A DNA stretch of 55,303 bases, from UHGV virus genome UHGV-0114783. One strand, given 5' to 3'. The notes below the pieces were generated by a model, which saw only the letters and a program-made list of their open reading frames with translations, was not told where the DNA came from and made no database searches. The first letter of the stretch is position 1. Each line of letters opens with the position of its first letter. Both the position numbers and the translations under genes were made by a program. The stretch comes from a virus. Below, one piece after another: positions 38,819 to 49,245 of the stretch.

Positions 38819-39760
38819 ATGATTACTTTTGATCAGGCAACCGTAGATAGCTCCGGTGCCTTTCTCATCGGGGAGCTGGAGCGACTCGACCAGACGCTGA
38901 ACCTGCCTCTGGTGGGGTACACCTGGACCCGAGATATTCAACTGCGTGAAGACGTGTCTATCGCAGATGACATTTCCAGCTGGACGAATACCAGCTTCGC
39001 CGCTGCGGGTACTGGTGCAAATCCGAATGGTAAAAACTGGGTAGGCAAAGACTCCACCGCTATTGCTGGCGTGAACGTGGATATCAGCAAAGACGGCAAT
39101 CCACTGAACCTCTGGGGTATGGAACTGGGCTGGACCGTTGTAGAGCTGGCAGCTGCTCAGCAGGTAGGCCGCCCGATTGATACCCAGAAGTACGACGGGA
39201 TGCAGCTCAAATGGCAGATGGACAACGACGAGCAGGTTTACATCGGTGATGACGCACTCGGCCTGAAAGGTCTGGCAAACCTCGTCGGTGTGACGCTGAA
39301 CAACGCGCCGAAGACCTGGGCGAACTCAACCAACGACGAGATCCTCGATAGCGTGAACAGCATTCTGTCTAATGCCTGGGCAGCATCCGGTTATTCCATC
39401 GTGCCTTCTGATCTGCGCATTCCGCCAGAGCAGTATTCACTGCTGGCGAGCCGTAAGGTTTCCGAAGCGGGTAACCAGTCACTGCTGACCTATCTGGCTG
39501 TGAACACTATCGCTTTCCACCAGAACGGCGTTCCGCTTGAAATCAAAGCGGTCAAATGGCTGAAAGGGCGTGGGGTTGGCGGTAAAGACCGTATGATCGC
39601 CTACACCAACGACAAGAAATACGTGCGCTATCCGCTGGTGCCGTTGCAGAGCGTTCCTGTCCAGTATCGCGGTCTGTATCAGATTGCGACCTACTACGGC
39701 AAGCTCGGTGCGGTTGAGCCAGTGTACAAAGAAACCCTGTCCTACGTGGACGGTATCTGA
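38819..39760 (+). CDS. Major capsid protein (DUF2184-like)
   Basis: 313-aa ORF in capsid position. Confidence 0.65.
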   Translation: MITFDQATVDSSGAFLIGELERLDQTLNLPLVGYTWTRDIQLREDVSIADDISSWTNTSFAAAGTGANPNGKNWVGKDSTAIAGVNVDISKDGNPLNLWGMELGWTVVELAAAQQVGRPIDTQKYDGMQLKWQMDNDEQVYIGDDALGLKGLANLVGVTLNNAPKTWANSTNDEILDSVNSILSNAWAASGYSIVPSDLRIPPEQYSLLASRKVSEAGNQSLLTYLAVNTIAFHQNGVPLEIKAVKWLKGRGVGGKDRMIAYTNDKKYVRYPLVPLQSVPVQYRGLYQIATYYGKLGAVEPVYKETLSYVDGI

Positions 39761-39801
39761 TAACCAGAACGGCCCCGAAAGGGGCCAGAAGGGAACTGAA
39801 A

Positions 39802-40191
39802 ATGGCGAAAGAAAAGCTGGTTACCATCCATGTTCACACCCCGTTTACGCTGACGCTCGGCGATCAGTCAAAAAGGGAGTTTGGCCGGGGACGGCATAAC
39901 GTACCGGAAGAGGTCGCGTCGCACTGGTTCACCCAGGCGCACTCCGAGCTTTCCGAAAGCGTGATTAGCGACACCGATGATCTGCAACCCATTATCGACA
40001 GCCTGCAAGCTCAGATTGCCGACAAAGATAAGCAGATTATCGATAAAGATCAGTTGATTGCCGATCTGCGAGAAGCGCTGCTCAAGCTGCAAGAGCAGAA
40101 CGACAGCCTGCAAGCGCAGATTGCTGCCGCCCAGACTGGCGGTAATGGGGCGAAAGATGCCAAAGAATCAAAGCCTGCCAACAGTAAGTGA
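39802..40191 (+). CDS. Coiled-coil protein of unknown function
   Basis: 129-aa ORF, heptad-like C-terminal half ([44 protein letters not shown]). Confidence 0.4.
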   Translation: MAKEKLVTIHVHTPFTLTLGDQSKREFGRGRHNVPEEVASHWFTQAHSELSESVISDTDDLQPIIDSLQAQIADKDKQIIDKDQLIADLREALLKLQEQNDSLQAQIAAAQTGGNGAKDAKESKPANSK

Positions 40192-40564
40192 TTTTCGGCG
40201 CGACTTTCCACAGTTTGCTGACCCTGCCAAATATCCCGAAGCACAAATCCAGTTTCGTCTGAATCTGGCTGATGTGCTGCTGAGCGAAAACGTCACCGGC
40301 AAAGAGTTGTTTCCGTACTTTGTCGAGTTGTTCGTGGCTCACTACATGACGCTCTGGGCGGCAGATAGCCGGGCAATGCTCGTCGGCGGCCCGGGTGGCT
40401 CAACCAATGGTGTTCAGTCCTCCAAGTCCGTTGACAAGGTAAGCGTCAGCTATGACACCAGCGCGACGCTAAACCCTGACGCAGGCTTCTGGAATAACAC
40501 CCGATATGGCGCTGAATTTTATCAGCTGATCACGATGTTCGGTGCGGGCGGTCGCCAGCTATGA
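40157..40564 (+). CDS. Head-tail connector/completion protein (putative)
   Basis: ORF track 40058..40564 trimmed to an internal ATG near the preceding stop. Confidence 0.4.
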   Translation: MPKNQSLPTVSDFRRDFPQFADPAKYPEAQIQFRLNLADVLLSENVTGKELFPYFVELFVAHYMTLWAADSRAMLVGGPGGSTNGVQSSKSVDKVSVSYDTSATLNPDAGFWNNTRYGAEFYQLITMFGAGGRQL

Positions 40565-41115
40565 GTTTCAAAAGTGGTGTAACAACGAGGGTTGATAACG
40601 CTCAGGCCATTCTGGATGCGCTCCGGTCGCTAACCAAAAAGGATGTGCTTGTGGGCATCCCGGAAGAAGACAGCGAGCGTGAGGATGTTCCGTTTGGTAA
40701 TGCCGGGATCGGTTACGTCAACGAATACGGCTCACCAGCGCAAAACATACCCCCACGCCCGCACCTGATCCCCGGCGTTAAATCCGTAGAGGAACAGACG
40801 GTGCCGCAGCTCAAAGCAGCGGCGCAGGCTGCGCTTGATGGAAATGCGGCGGGTGCGGAAAGAGCGCTTAACCGCGCCGGAACGCTGGCCGCGAATGGCG
40901 TCAGGCGTTACATGACCATTACCGGCTTTACACCGCTTGCTGATAGCACCGTTGAAGCACGCGCACGCCGTGGGCGCAAAGGGGCAAAAGAGGAACTTGC
41001 GCGGCGCGCTGCTGGTGAGTCTCCTGGAACCGATCTGGTGAAACCGCTAATCGACACCGGGCAATATCGCAGAGCTATTACCCATATTGTGAGGGATAAA
41101 GATGCCGACTCTTGA
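40561..41115 (+). CDS. Virion morphogenesis protein (putative)
   Basis: 184-aa ORF, coupled. Confidence 0.4.
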   Translation: MSFKSGVTTRVDNAQAILDALRSLTKKDVLVGIPEEDSEREDVPFGNAGIGYVNEYGSPAQNIPPRPHLIPGVKSVEEQTVPQLKAAAQAALDGNAAGAERALNRAGTLAANGVRRYMTITGFTPLADSTVEARARRGRKGAKEELARRAAGESPGTDLVKPLIDTGQYRRAITHIVRDKDADS

Positions 41116-41491
41116 TGTAACAGACGTGCTTTTTGACCCCGATTTTTGCGACTTCAACCTGTGGGTAACGCGTCGCGCGCAAACGGTGGACGATGACGGG
41201 ATCGGCAGCGACAGCGAAGTTAAAACGCAGTTTGCCGGGGTTGTTACTGTTGACCGCTCCCTGGAAAACCGCCGCATGCAGGCCGGGCAGGTTATCAGCG
41301 GCGCGATTCTCATCGTGACAACTGAGCGGCTGACGCAGGGGCAGACTGGCCGTGATGCCGATATCGTGACGTATCAGAACCGTGATTATCGCGTGACATT
41401 CGTCGACCCGTATACGGCTTACGGTGCTGGCTTCGTCCAGGCTCATTGTGAATTACTGCCGTTTGATGGGGGAACTCCCATTGAGCAATAA
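41102..41491 (+). CDS. Virion morphogenesis protein (putative)
   Basis: 129-aa ORF, coupled. Confidence 0.4.
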   Translation: MPTLDVTDVLFDPDFCDFNLWVTRRAQTVDDDGIGSDSEVKTQFAGVVTVDRSLENRRMQAGQVISGAILIVTTERLTQGQTGRDADIVTYQNRDYRVTFVDPYTAYGAGFVQAHCELLPFDGGTPIEQ

Positions 41492-42029
41492 CACCAGCAC
41501 AGAGCGCGGCTGGCTGACACCCACCAGCGGCGATCCGGCTTATGACGAAGCGCTCGACAGGCTGCTAAGCCAGTGGATGCGCAATGTTTCCGGCTTGCCG
41601 TCTGGAATGGTTCGTCCGCGCTGGCAGAAAAATCAGCCGCCACTGCCACCCGTTGAAACGAACTGGTGCGCGTTTGGCGTTACCGGGTTGCTCATTGATA
41701 ACAACCCTGCATTCACCAATCAGACCGACGAGGGCGCTCAGCTCTGGCGGCATGAAACGTTCGAGTGCATGGCGTCGTTCTATGGCCCGGCTGGTATGTC
41801 TTATGCGTCCCGTTTTCGCGATGGCATATCTGTCCCGCAAAACAATGCTGAGCTGAACGCGCTTGGTTTGTCTCTGGGCGACTATACCGGTCTGACCCCT
41901 TTCCCCGAACTTATCAACCAGCAATGGGTTCGCCGCTACGACATGACGGTGCGCCTGCGCCGGAAGGTTGTGCGCGAGTACGGTATTAAATCGCTGGTGG
42001 AAGCGCCAGTCACCTTTTTTGGAGAATAA
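41466..42029 (+). CDS. Tail completion-like protein (putative; start uncertain)
   Basis: ORF track 41424..42029 trimmed to an internal ATG. Confidence 0.35.
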   Translation: MGELPLSNNTSTERGWLTPTSGDPAYDEALDRLLSQWMRNVSGLPSGMVRPRWQKNQPPLPPVETNWCAFGVTGLLIDNNPAFTNQTDEGAQLWRHETFECMASFYGPAGMSYASRFRDGISVPQNNAELNALGLSLGDYTGLTPFPELINQQWVRRYDMTVRLRRKVVREYGIKSLVEAPVTFFGE

Positions 42030-42032
42030 ACT

Positions 42033-43193
42033 ATGACGCAGGGCTTACCTGTATCCAACGTTGTAAACGTTGATGTGATCATCTCGCCGAAAGCGGCTAC
42101 TGGTCGTAACTTCGGCGCGCTGCTGATCCTCGGTTCTTCCACTGTCATTCCAGTGCAGGAACGCGTCCGCCTTTATGCGTCCGTTGAGGACATTGGCGAG
42201 GACTTCGGAGTCGACAGCCCGGAATATGAAGCGGCGCAGGTTTTCTTCAGCCAGTCGCCGAAGCCGACGCAGGTTTATGTTGGCCGCTGGCCGAAGACGC
42301 TGACCTCTTCAGAAGGTGGAAGCGTGGAAACCATCGTGCAAGCTGTTAATGCCTGCCTGCAGTATACCAACTGGTATGGGCTGGTTGTCGCTGATGATGT
42401 TGCTGATGGCGATGATGTGCTTGATGCTGACGACGTGATTGAGGTTGCTAAACTCATCGAAGCGTCCAGCCTGAGCCGCATTTTCGGGGTAACGTCAGCC
42501 GACGCTGAGATCATCAGCACGACTTCGACGACCGATGTTGCGTCTAAATTAAAGGCCGGTAAGTATTCCCGTACCTTTATTCAATATTCCACCAGCAGCC
42601 CTTATGCGGCGGTTTCAGCTTTCGGTCGCGCGTTTACTGTCAATTTCAACGGCAGCAATACCACCATTACCCTGAAATTCAAACAGGAACCGAGCGTAAC
42701 CTACGAAACGCTGACGGTAGGACAGGCGGCGGCTGTGGATGCGAAGAATGCGAACGTGTTCGTGTACTACGCCAACGACACGGCGATCCTGCAACAGGGT
42801 GTCATGGCGAACGGTGACTTCTTCGACGAGCGCCACGGGCTCGACTGGTTGCAGAACTACGTTCAGACCAACCTCTATAACCTGCTTTACACCAGCACCA
42901 CCAAAATTCCGCAGACTGATGCCGGTGTGACCCGTCTGCTTTCCAACGTTGAACAGTCTATGGATCAGTCCGTCACGAACGGTCTGGTAGCGGCTGGCGT
43001 GTGGAATGGTGGCCCTATCGGACAGCTGAATTCCGGCAATACGCTGACCAAAGGTTATTACGTGTATGCGCAACCTCTGTCCGAACAGGCGCAGGCCGAC
43101 CGCGAAGCGCGCAAAGCACCGTTAATTCAGGTGGCCTGTAAGCTGGCTGGCGCAGTTCATTATGCCGATGTTCAGATCAACGTGGTTCGCTAA
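42033..43193 (+). CDS. Tail sheath-like protein (DUF3383-like, putative)
   Basis: 386-aa ORF preceding a tube-sized gene and the tape measure gene. Confidence 0.55.
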   Translation: MTQGLPVSNVVNVDVIISPKAATGRNFGALLILGSSTVIPVQERVRLYASVEDIGEDFGVDSPEYEAAQVFFSQSPKPTQVYVGRWPKTLTSSEGGSVETIVQAVNACLQYTNWYGLVVADDVADGDDVLDADDVIEVAKLIEASSLSRIFGVTSADAEIISTTSTTDVASKLKAGKYSRTFIQYSTSSPYAAVSAFGRAFTVNFNGSNTTITLKFKQEPSVTYETLTVGQAAAVDAKNANVFVYYANDTAILQQGVMANGDFFDERHGLDWLQNYVQTNLYNLLYTSTTKIPQTDAGVTRLLSNVEQSMDQSVTNGLVAAGVWNGGPIGQLNSGNTLTKGYYVYAQPLSEQAQADREARKAPLIQVACKLAGAVHYADVQINVVR

Positions 43194-43203
43194 GGAGCGA
43201 TAA

Positions 43204-43644
43204 ATGGCAACTTATTCTTTTCTCGATGTAACCGCGTCGCTCACCGGGCCGACCGGCGTTATCGATCTTGGTCAGGGTTCTGCGAACTCTGAGGAAGGTA
43301 TCACCCAGACTATGGGCGGCAACAAGAACACCATGACCATCGGTGCCGATGGCGAAGTGATGCACAGCCTGCACGCCGATAAGTCAGGCACCATTACGGT
43401 GACGCTGCTGAAAACCTCCCCGGTGAACAAGAAGCTGTCTCTGGCGTATAACGCGCAAAGCCAGTCCTCTGCCACCTGGGGAAATAACGTGATCGTCATT
43501 CGCAACACGGCATCGGGTGATATTTCTACTGCGCGTTCGTGTGCATTCCAGAAACAGCCTGATTTCAATAACGCCAAAGAGGGCGGAACCGTAGCCTGGG
43601 TATTCGATTGCGGCAAGATTGACCAGCTGCTCGGGGAGTTTTAA
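43204..43644 (+). CDS. Tail tube-like protein (putative)
   Basis: 146-aa ORF after the sheath-like gene. Confidence 0.5.
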   Translation: MATYSFLDVTASLTGPTGVIDLGQGSANSEEGITQTMGGNKNTMTIGADGEVMHSLHADKSGTITVTLLKTSPVNKKLSLAYNAQSQSSATWGNNVIVIRNTASGDISTARSCAFQKQPDFNNAKEGGTVAWVFDCGKIDQLLGEF

Positions 43645-43647
43645 CGC

Positions 43648-44073
43648 ATGGAATTCGAAATTAAAGGCGTGAAATATCGCACCGCAAAGCTCAGCGTTTT
43701 CGAACAGCTGAAGGTGTCCCGAAAGCTGTTGCCGGTGCTGGCCGGGATGGTTTCTGACTTCCGGAGCGTTCAGGAGAAGATCAGCAGCAAAGACACCGAA
43801 GGCGCGATGGCTACCATCCTGCCAAAGATTGCCAATGCTGTGTCCGATCTGAGCGATGGCGACGTTGACGCTATCCTGTTCCCCTGCCTTTCCGTTGTTT
43901 CACGCGAGCACATGAAAGGCTGGGTGCCGGTCTGCCAGCATGGCGAAATGGCGTTTGACGATATCGACCTGCTGACCATGCTGCAACTGGTGGCGCGGGT
44001 GGTCGCCGACTCGCTGGGAAATTTTTTGCAAGGACTCCCTACCAGCGAGACGCCCACCCCGCCAGCGGAATAA
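43648..44073 (+). CDS. Tail assembly chaperone (putative)
   Basis: 141-aa ORF between tube and tape measure genes. Confidence 0.4.
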   Translation: MEFEIKGVKYRTAKLSVFEQLKVSRKLLPVLAGMVSDFRSVQEKISSKDTEGAMATILPKIANAVSDLSDGDVDAILFPCLSVVSREHMKGWVPVCQHGEMAFDDIDLLTMLQLVARVVADSLGNFLQGLPTSETPTPPAE

Positions 44074-44250
44074 CCTTCAACAGCCTGCCGGGCGGTGAAG
44101 ACTTTATTCTTCGTCCGGCGCTTGCCTTCCATATTGACCAGAAAGACCTTAACAGCGGTGCGGTAGACCTCTGCCGTATCGCGCTTCTCAATGACTACCT
44201 CGACATGCGCGAGGATAACGACGCCCGGGTAGATAAATGGAGAGCGGCCA

Positions 44251-46518
44251 ATGAGCGGTAACGCAGATACGATTAAAGACTTCCTTGTTTCGCTGGGATT
44301 CGATATCGATCAGGCTGGCGCTAATAAGTTTGAAGCCGTGCTGAAAGGCGTTACCGCAAACGTTCTGAAGGTCGGCGCGGTGGTGGAAGGCGCAGCGCTG
44401 AGCATTGTCGGATTTACCACCCAGATCGCGAATGGTCTGGATAAAATTTACTGGGCATCCCAACGGACGGGGGCCAGCGTCCAGGGCATCAAAGCGCTGG
44501 GCTATGCCGCGTCGCAAACCGGTGCCAGCGCCGAGTCGGCCATGTCCTCCCTCGAAGGGCTGGCCGGTTTCATGCGTAGCAATCCGGGGGCGGAAGGCTT
44601 CCTGAACCGTCTTGGTGTCCAGACCCGAGATGCCAGCGGAAAGATGCGTGATACTGCGGCCATCTTTACTGGCGTTGGGCAAAAGCTCAACAACATGCCG
44701 TATTACCGCGCGAAGCAATACGCGCAGATGCTTGGCATCGATGAAAACACGCTGATGGCGATGCGGCGCGGCATGAATGGCTTTACCGCCGATTACCAGT
44801 CTATGCTGCAAAAGACTGGGTTCAACGCTGATAAGGCGGCTGTGCAGTCCAATAAATTCATGACGTCCATGCGCGGGCTTACGTCGCTGTTCGGCATTAT
44901 GCGGGACAAGATCGGCTCAAACCTCGCTGGTGGTCTTGCTGGTTCGCTGGACAGCCTGCGGCGGCGCATCCTCGACAACTTCCCGAAGATTGAAGAGACG
45001 CTGACCAGAGTTATTAAAGGCGTGATCTGGCTTGCGAACGCCTTCACGCGAATGGCGTGGCGGCTCATACAGGGCGCTGGCTCTGTCATTGACTGGTGGA
45101 AGCGTCTTGACGATGGCAGTAAAAATCTGCTGAAAATATTCGGTGCTCTACTTGTCGCATGGCGTCTGCTTAATTCTGCGTTCCTGAAATCCCCGATTGG
45201 AATTATCACCACGCTGATTCTGGCGATCGGATTACTCTATGACGATTATCAGACGTGGAAAGAAGGCGGTAAAAGCCTGATTGACTGGTCCAAGTGGGAG
45301 CCTGCAATAGAAAAGGCGAAAAAGGCAATTCTCTGGCTGCGCGATAAGCTTCTGGGGCTGAAAGATTCTGTTGGTGGATGGCAGAACTCGCTGGAAATTT
45401 TGGCTACTTTCATCGCTGGGGTATGGGTAACAAAAGTATTGGGAGCATTCGCAAAAATATCCGGTCTTCCGATACCTCCATGGCTTAAATTATGGGGAGC
45501 GTATGCTGGTTACCTGGTTTCAGATCGTGAAAACATAAAAGCCAGTGCTAAATCATCTTTGGACTATACCAAAAGGAACATTGGTGATGCTCTTGCTACG
45601 GTTGGCATCAAAACCGACCTTGGGCGAAAAGATGTTAGCGAGGTAAGAGAATGGCCCGCATGGATGGATTGGCTGCATGGTGGCCCAGGTAAGATTATTC
45701 GTCAGGCGCAAAGCAATGGCGTCGTTTATGGCGATAATGTTCAGCCTGACATTCCCGGGGCGGAACAGCATGTTCGTAGTAATGAAATTGCCCCGCATGA
45801 AAGAGATGAAATAAAAAACCGTCAGCAGGCTGCTAATGGTTATCTTGAAAAAATCTCAGACGGGATTGCCAAAATCGGTAATTTATTTTTCTCCCCGGCT
45901 GGAGCTGCTGAAATCTCTCCAAATATATCGGGTGACCCCTCCCAGTTTGCGCAATCAGTCAAACGTCCACAGGCCACAGCCCAGGGCAAAGTATTGCTCG
46001 ACTGGATGGGGCCAATGTTCAATAAACTTGAGTCGCTTTATCAACTTCCAGCTGGTCTATTGAAAAGTGTGGCGATAACCGAGTCAGGTGGTAACCAGTT
46101 CGCCATGTCCGGCGCGGGTGCAAAGGGGCTGTTCCAGTTAATGGATGGCACGGCGCGAGACATGGGCCTGCGTGGTAACGATGTGTTCGACCCGGAAAAG
46201 TCAGCTCAGGCAGCCGCTAAGTACCTTAGCCAGCTATTGCGGCAGAACGGCGGAGACCTTAGCAAAGCACTTGCATCATATAACTGGGGAATCGGGAACG
46301 TTCAACGTTATGGAATGGGGCTAATGCCGCAGGAAACGCGCAATTACATTCCGAAAGTAATGAGCAATATGCCCACCAGCGCCCCGGTGATTCAGCAGGA
46401 AACGAACATTAACATCCACGGCGTTTCCGATCCTCGCGAAGCTGCCCGTTTGACTGTTGACCGTCAAAAGGGTGTGAATTCACAGTTAACCCAGCAACTC
46501 CCCGCAGGACCGAGATAA
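44251..46518 (+). CDS. Tail tape measure protein with C-terminal lytic transglycosylase (SLT-like) domain
   Basis: 755-aa ORF; hydrophobic central segments; SLT-like motif AITESGGNQFAMSGAGAKGLFQLM. Confidence 0.75.
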   Translation: MSGNADTIKDFLVSLGFDIDQAGANKFEAVLKGVTANVLKVGAVVEGAALSIVGFTTQIANGLDKIYWASQRTGASVQGIKALGYAASQTGASAESAMSSLEGLAGFMRSNPGAEGFLNRLGVQTRDASGKMRDTAAIFTGVGQKLNNMPYYRAKQYAQMLGIDENTLMAMRRGMNGFTADYQSMLQKTGFNADKAAVQSNKFMTSMRGLTSLFGIMRDKIGSNLAGGLAGSLDSLRRRILDNFPKIEETLTRVIKGVIWLANAFTRMAWRLIQGAGSVIDWWKRLDDGSKNLLKIFGALLVAWRLLNSAFLKSPIGIITTLILAIGLLYDDYQTWKEGGKSLIDWSKWEPAIEKAKKAILWLRDKLLGLKDSVGGWQNSLEILATFIAGVWVTKVLGAFAKISGLPIPPWLKLWGAYAGYLVSDRENIKASAKSSLDYTKRNIGDALATVGIKTDLGRKDVSEVREWPAWMDWLHGGPGKIIRQAQSNGVVYGDNVQPDIPGAEQHVRSNEIAPHERDEIKNRQQAANGYLEKISDGIAKIGNLFFSPAGAAEISPNISGDPSQFAQSVKRPQATAQGKVLLDWMGPMFNKLESLYQLPAGLLKSVAITESGGNQFAMSGAGAKGLFQLMDGTARDMGLRGNDVFDPEKSAQAAAKYLSQLLRQNGGDLSKALASYNWGIGNVQRYGMGLMPQETRNYIPKVMSNMPTSAPVIQQETNINIHGVSDPREAARLTVDRQKGVNSQLTQQLPAGPR

Positions 46519-47144
46519 TGGATATTTTATCAGCGATTTTTCGCCAGCAATCACGGCGAATTGGCCTGCTGATCCCCAGCGTGGTCGTTTCCGAAAAGCA
46601 TTCTGATGCGCTCGAAATTACTGAGCACCCGGTGGAGAAGCCAACAACGAATAGCGCCTCGGGTTTCATCGCCGATCATGCGTATAAGCGCCCCAGTGAA
46701 GTCACAATGGAATGCGGCTTCGCTGGGGGCGGTTCGTTGCTGGACTTCATTGATACATCTTCAATCGGTCTTAGCGCTGGGCTTAGCCCAAAGGAGACAT
46801 ACCAAAAGCTGCTGGATATGCAGCTTGAGCGCGTACCGTTCGATGTGGTTACCGGGAAGAGGGTGTACACCAATATGCTGGTGCGAGCCATTGAGGTGAC
46901 GACCGATAAAACCAGCGAGAACGTGCTGAACTGCACGCTTACCCTGCGTGAAGTCATCATAACGCATACAAAAAATGTCACCGTTGCTGATAAATCCGAT
47001 ATGCAGGACGGGGTTAGTACATCTGCGGTGCAGAATTCCGGGACTAAATCCACCACCCCAGTAAATGAATCGGTAATTAAGTCAACAGGGTGGTTTGATG
47101 GACTAAAAGGAACCAGTCTTGGTAACTCTATAGGTATCCAATGA
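46518..47144 (+). CDS. Baseplate/tail protein (putative)
   Basis: 208-aa ORF after the tape measure gene. Confidence 0.4.
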   Translation: MDILSAIFRQQSRRIGLLIPSVVVSEKHSDALEITEHPVEKPTTNSASGFIADHAYKRPSEVTMECGFAGGGSLLDFIDTSSIGLSAGLSPKETYQKLLDMQLERVPFDVVTGKRVYTNMLVRAIEVTTDKTSENVLNCTLTLREVIITHTKNVTVADKSDMQDGVSTSAVQNSGTKSTTPVNESVIKSTGWFDGLKGTSLGNSIGIQ

Positions 47145-47446
47145 ATGTAACTGAAATCCCTTTATCGCCGGATAACCAGCTATTTCGCATTCAGTTAGCA
47201 GAGACAACATACACGCTGAGAGTCATTTGGCGTGATTCTGCTGGCTGGATTCTGGATGTACAAGATAGCAGTGGCGAACCGCTTCTTTCTGGCGTGCCGC
47301 TGGTAACCGGTGTAAATCTTCTTGAGCAATATCCTCAACTAGGTATTAACGGGGCGCTGCTCGTTGGCTGCGATGTAGGCGCACCGGACGAGCCCACCAA
47401 AACCAACCTCGGCACATACAGCCACCTCATTTTCGTGCAGGAGTAG
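47141..47446 (+). CDS. Baseplate/tail protein (putative)
   Basis: 101-aa ORF, coupled. Confidence 0.4.
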   Translation: MNVTEIPLSPDNQLFRIQLAETTYTLRVIWRDSAGWILDVQDSSGEPLLSGVPLVTGVNLLEQYPQLGINGALLVGCDVGAPDEPTKTNLGTYSHLIFVQE

Positions 47447-47448
47447 AA

Positions 47449-48513
47449 ATGTCTCTTAACTGGATGCGCCATTTTGAGCTGCAACTGTTGGACCAGAACG
47501 GGCAGGGCGTTTCCCTGTCTGATTTTAAGGTCACGTTCCAGATCGAGTGGGCAGATACACGCTGGCCGCGAGTGGCGAACGTGAAAATTTACAACCTTTC
47601 GACCGATACCACGAACAAGATACTGGGGCAGGAGTTTGCAAAAATTCGCATCATTGCCGGGTATGACGGTATTGCGCCGGATGTTGATGCGAGCCAGGTC
47701 GGCGTCGCCCGAGAGATTTCACCAGACCAGATAGGGCAGGTGAACGGTCAGAACTACGGCCTGATTTTTGACGGTGATATTCGCTTTACCGTAACCGGGA
47801 AGGACAACATTACCGATTCCTGGGTGTTGATTCAGGCTATTGGAGATCATGAAGCGTTCCTCTACGCGACTACCATCACTACGCTTGCCGCTGGCTATAC
47901 CGTTGCGGATCTGCACCGGGCGACGATGCAGGATTTCAACGTGTTCGGCGTGACACAGGGCATTACCGGCGATTTTCCTGATACCGTGTTTCCTCGTGGC
48001 CGCGCGATTTACTCATCCACTCGTAACGTGATGGATAATATTGCAGCGCAGTGCAAAGCGACATGGCAGCTGGTGGATGGTCAGGTCCAGATGGTGCCGG
48101 AGGATAAATATATTCACGAAGCCATTGTGTTGAATGCCAATACTGGCCTGATTGGTATGCCGCAACAGACGATGGGCGGCGGCGTAAACGTGCGGTGCCT
48201 GATAAACCCAAACATCCGCATTAATGGTCTTATCCAGCTCGATCAGGCTTCGGTGTACCGCGCGTCGCTCGGTAATAGCGAAATCGCACAGTCGCCCGGG
48301 CGTATCACCGAAACTGAAGAGAACGGCAACCGTGTGCTGACCGGCACGACGTCACAGGCTGCCAGCATTGCGACGGATGGCGTTTATATCGTCAAAGCTA
48401 TCGACTATACTGGCGACACCAGAGGTCAGGCGTGGTACATGGATTTGATGTGTTTTGCGCGTGGCAGTCGTGATTTAGTTAATGCTGGTGCTATGCAAAA
48501 AACAAACTACTGA
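47449..48513 (+). CDS. Baseplate hub-like protein (phage copy)
   Basis: 354-aa ORF in hub position, diverged second copy at 35274..36341. Confidence 0.65.
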   Translation: MSLNWMRHFELQLLDQNGQGVSLSDFKVTFQIEWADTRWPRVANVKIYNLSTDTTNKILGQEFAKIRIIAGYDGIAPDVDASQVGVAREISPDQIGQVNGQNYGLIFDGDIRFTVTGKDNITDSWVLIQAIGDHEAFLYATTITTLAAGYTVADLHRATMQDFNVFGVTQGITGDFPDTVFPRGRAIYSSTRNVMDNIAAQCKATWQLVDGQVQMVPEDKYIHEAIVLNANTGLIGMPQQTMGGGVNVRCLINPNIRINGLIQLDQASVYRASLGNSEIAQSPGRITETEENGNRVLTGTTSQAASIATDGVYIVKAIDYTGDTRGQAWYMDLMCFARGSRDLVNAGAMQKTNY

Positions 48514-48523
48514 GGTACGGGAC

Positions 48524-48862
48524 GTGAAACTCGTAATTTTTACCATTGCAGCATTATTTTCTTTCCAGGCTATTGCTGATTCTCAGTGTGGTGATTTCAA
48601 CATCCATTGGGCTGATGATGGTTTCGCTCGCGTAAACGGAGCTAAACCTGAATCGCAAAAAGTGACATTTCTTAAAAATGACGGTGATTATAACAACGTC
48701 AAAATTGAATGGCGCTTAGCGACCAATCAACCAGGGCGATGGGTAGGAATGGAGTTTATTGGCCGTAATGGTAAAGCAATCCTGAATGCTCAGTGGCTGC
48801 AAGCAAATATGGATGCACCACGTCAGTATGCAACTTATGACTGTGTAAAAATAAAAGGATAA
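48524..48862 (+). CDS. Small secreted protein with QCG.F and DC...KG motifs (phage copy)
   Basis: ORF track 48482..48862 trimmed to the GTG at 48524 (GAGG upstream); signal-peptide-like N-terminus. Confidence 0.45.
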   Translation: MKLVIFTIAALFSFQAIADSQCGDFNIHWADDGFARVNGAKPESQKVTFLKNDGDYNNVKIEWRLATNQPGRWVGMEFIGRNGKAILNAQWLQANMDAPRQYATYDCVKIKG

Positions 48863-48867
48863 AATTA

Positions 48868-49188
48868 ATGAAAGGATTTGTATCTCTTCTTTTTCTGCTA
48901 TCCACCTCCGTTTGCGCTGGAACGTTAAGTGATTTTTTTGTAAAACATCCAGATTTGGATAATAACCTTGCTATACACACCGCGATTTCTAAAGCTTCTG
49001 GCATGGAGGCTGCTGGATTTGCACGCAGAGAGGGTGGCAGCGAAAAAGAGTTGATGAGTAGTAAAGGTGATCAATTCGCAGTGCTCGGGTTTCGTCGAGT
49101 GAAAATGTATTGTAGCTATCCTGAATCAGCTCAAATGACTGGTCTAAGCGCTGAAGATTTTAAGCTTGTGCTTAGTAAGAACCTATAG
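48868..49188 (+). CDS. Small secreted protein of unknown function (moron within the baseplate cluster)
   Basis: 106-aa ORF with signal-peptide-like N-terminus MKGFVSLLFLLSTSVCAGT, followed by its own terminator. Confidence 0.45.
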   Translation: MKGFVSLLFLLSTSVCAGTLSDFFVKHPDLDNNLAIHTAISKASGMEAAGFARREGGSEKELMSSKGDQFAVLGFRRVKMYCSYPESAQMTGLSAEDFKLVLSKNL

Positions 49189-49207
49189 TTTCATTTCAAG
49201 TATGAAT

Positions 49208-49236
49208 TTAACCCGCCACCGAGCGGGTTTTTTTAT
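49208..49236 (+). terminator. Rho-independent terminator
   Basis: Stem ACCCGC-CACCGA-GCGGGT followed by TTTTTTT. Confidence 0.55.
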
Positions 49237-49245
49237 GGGGTTTTT

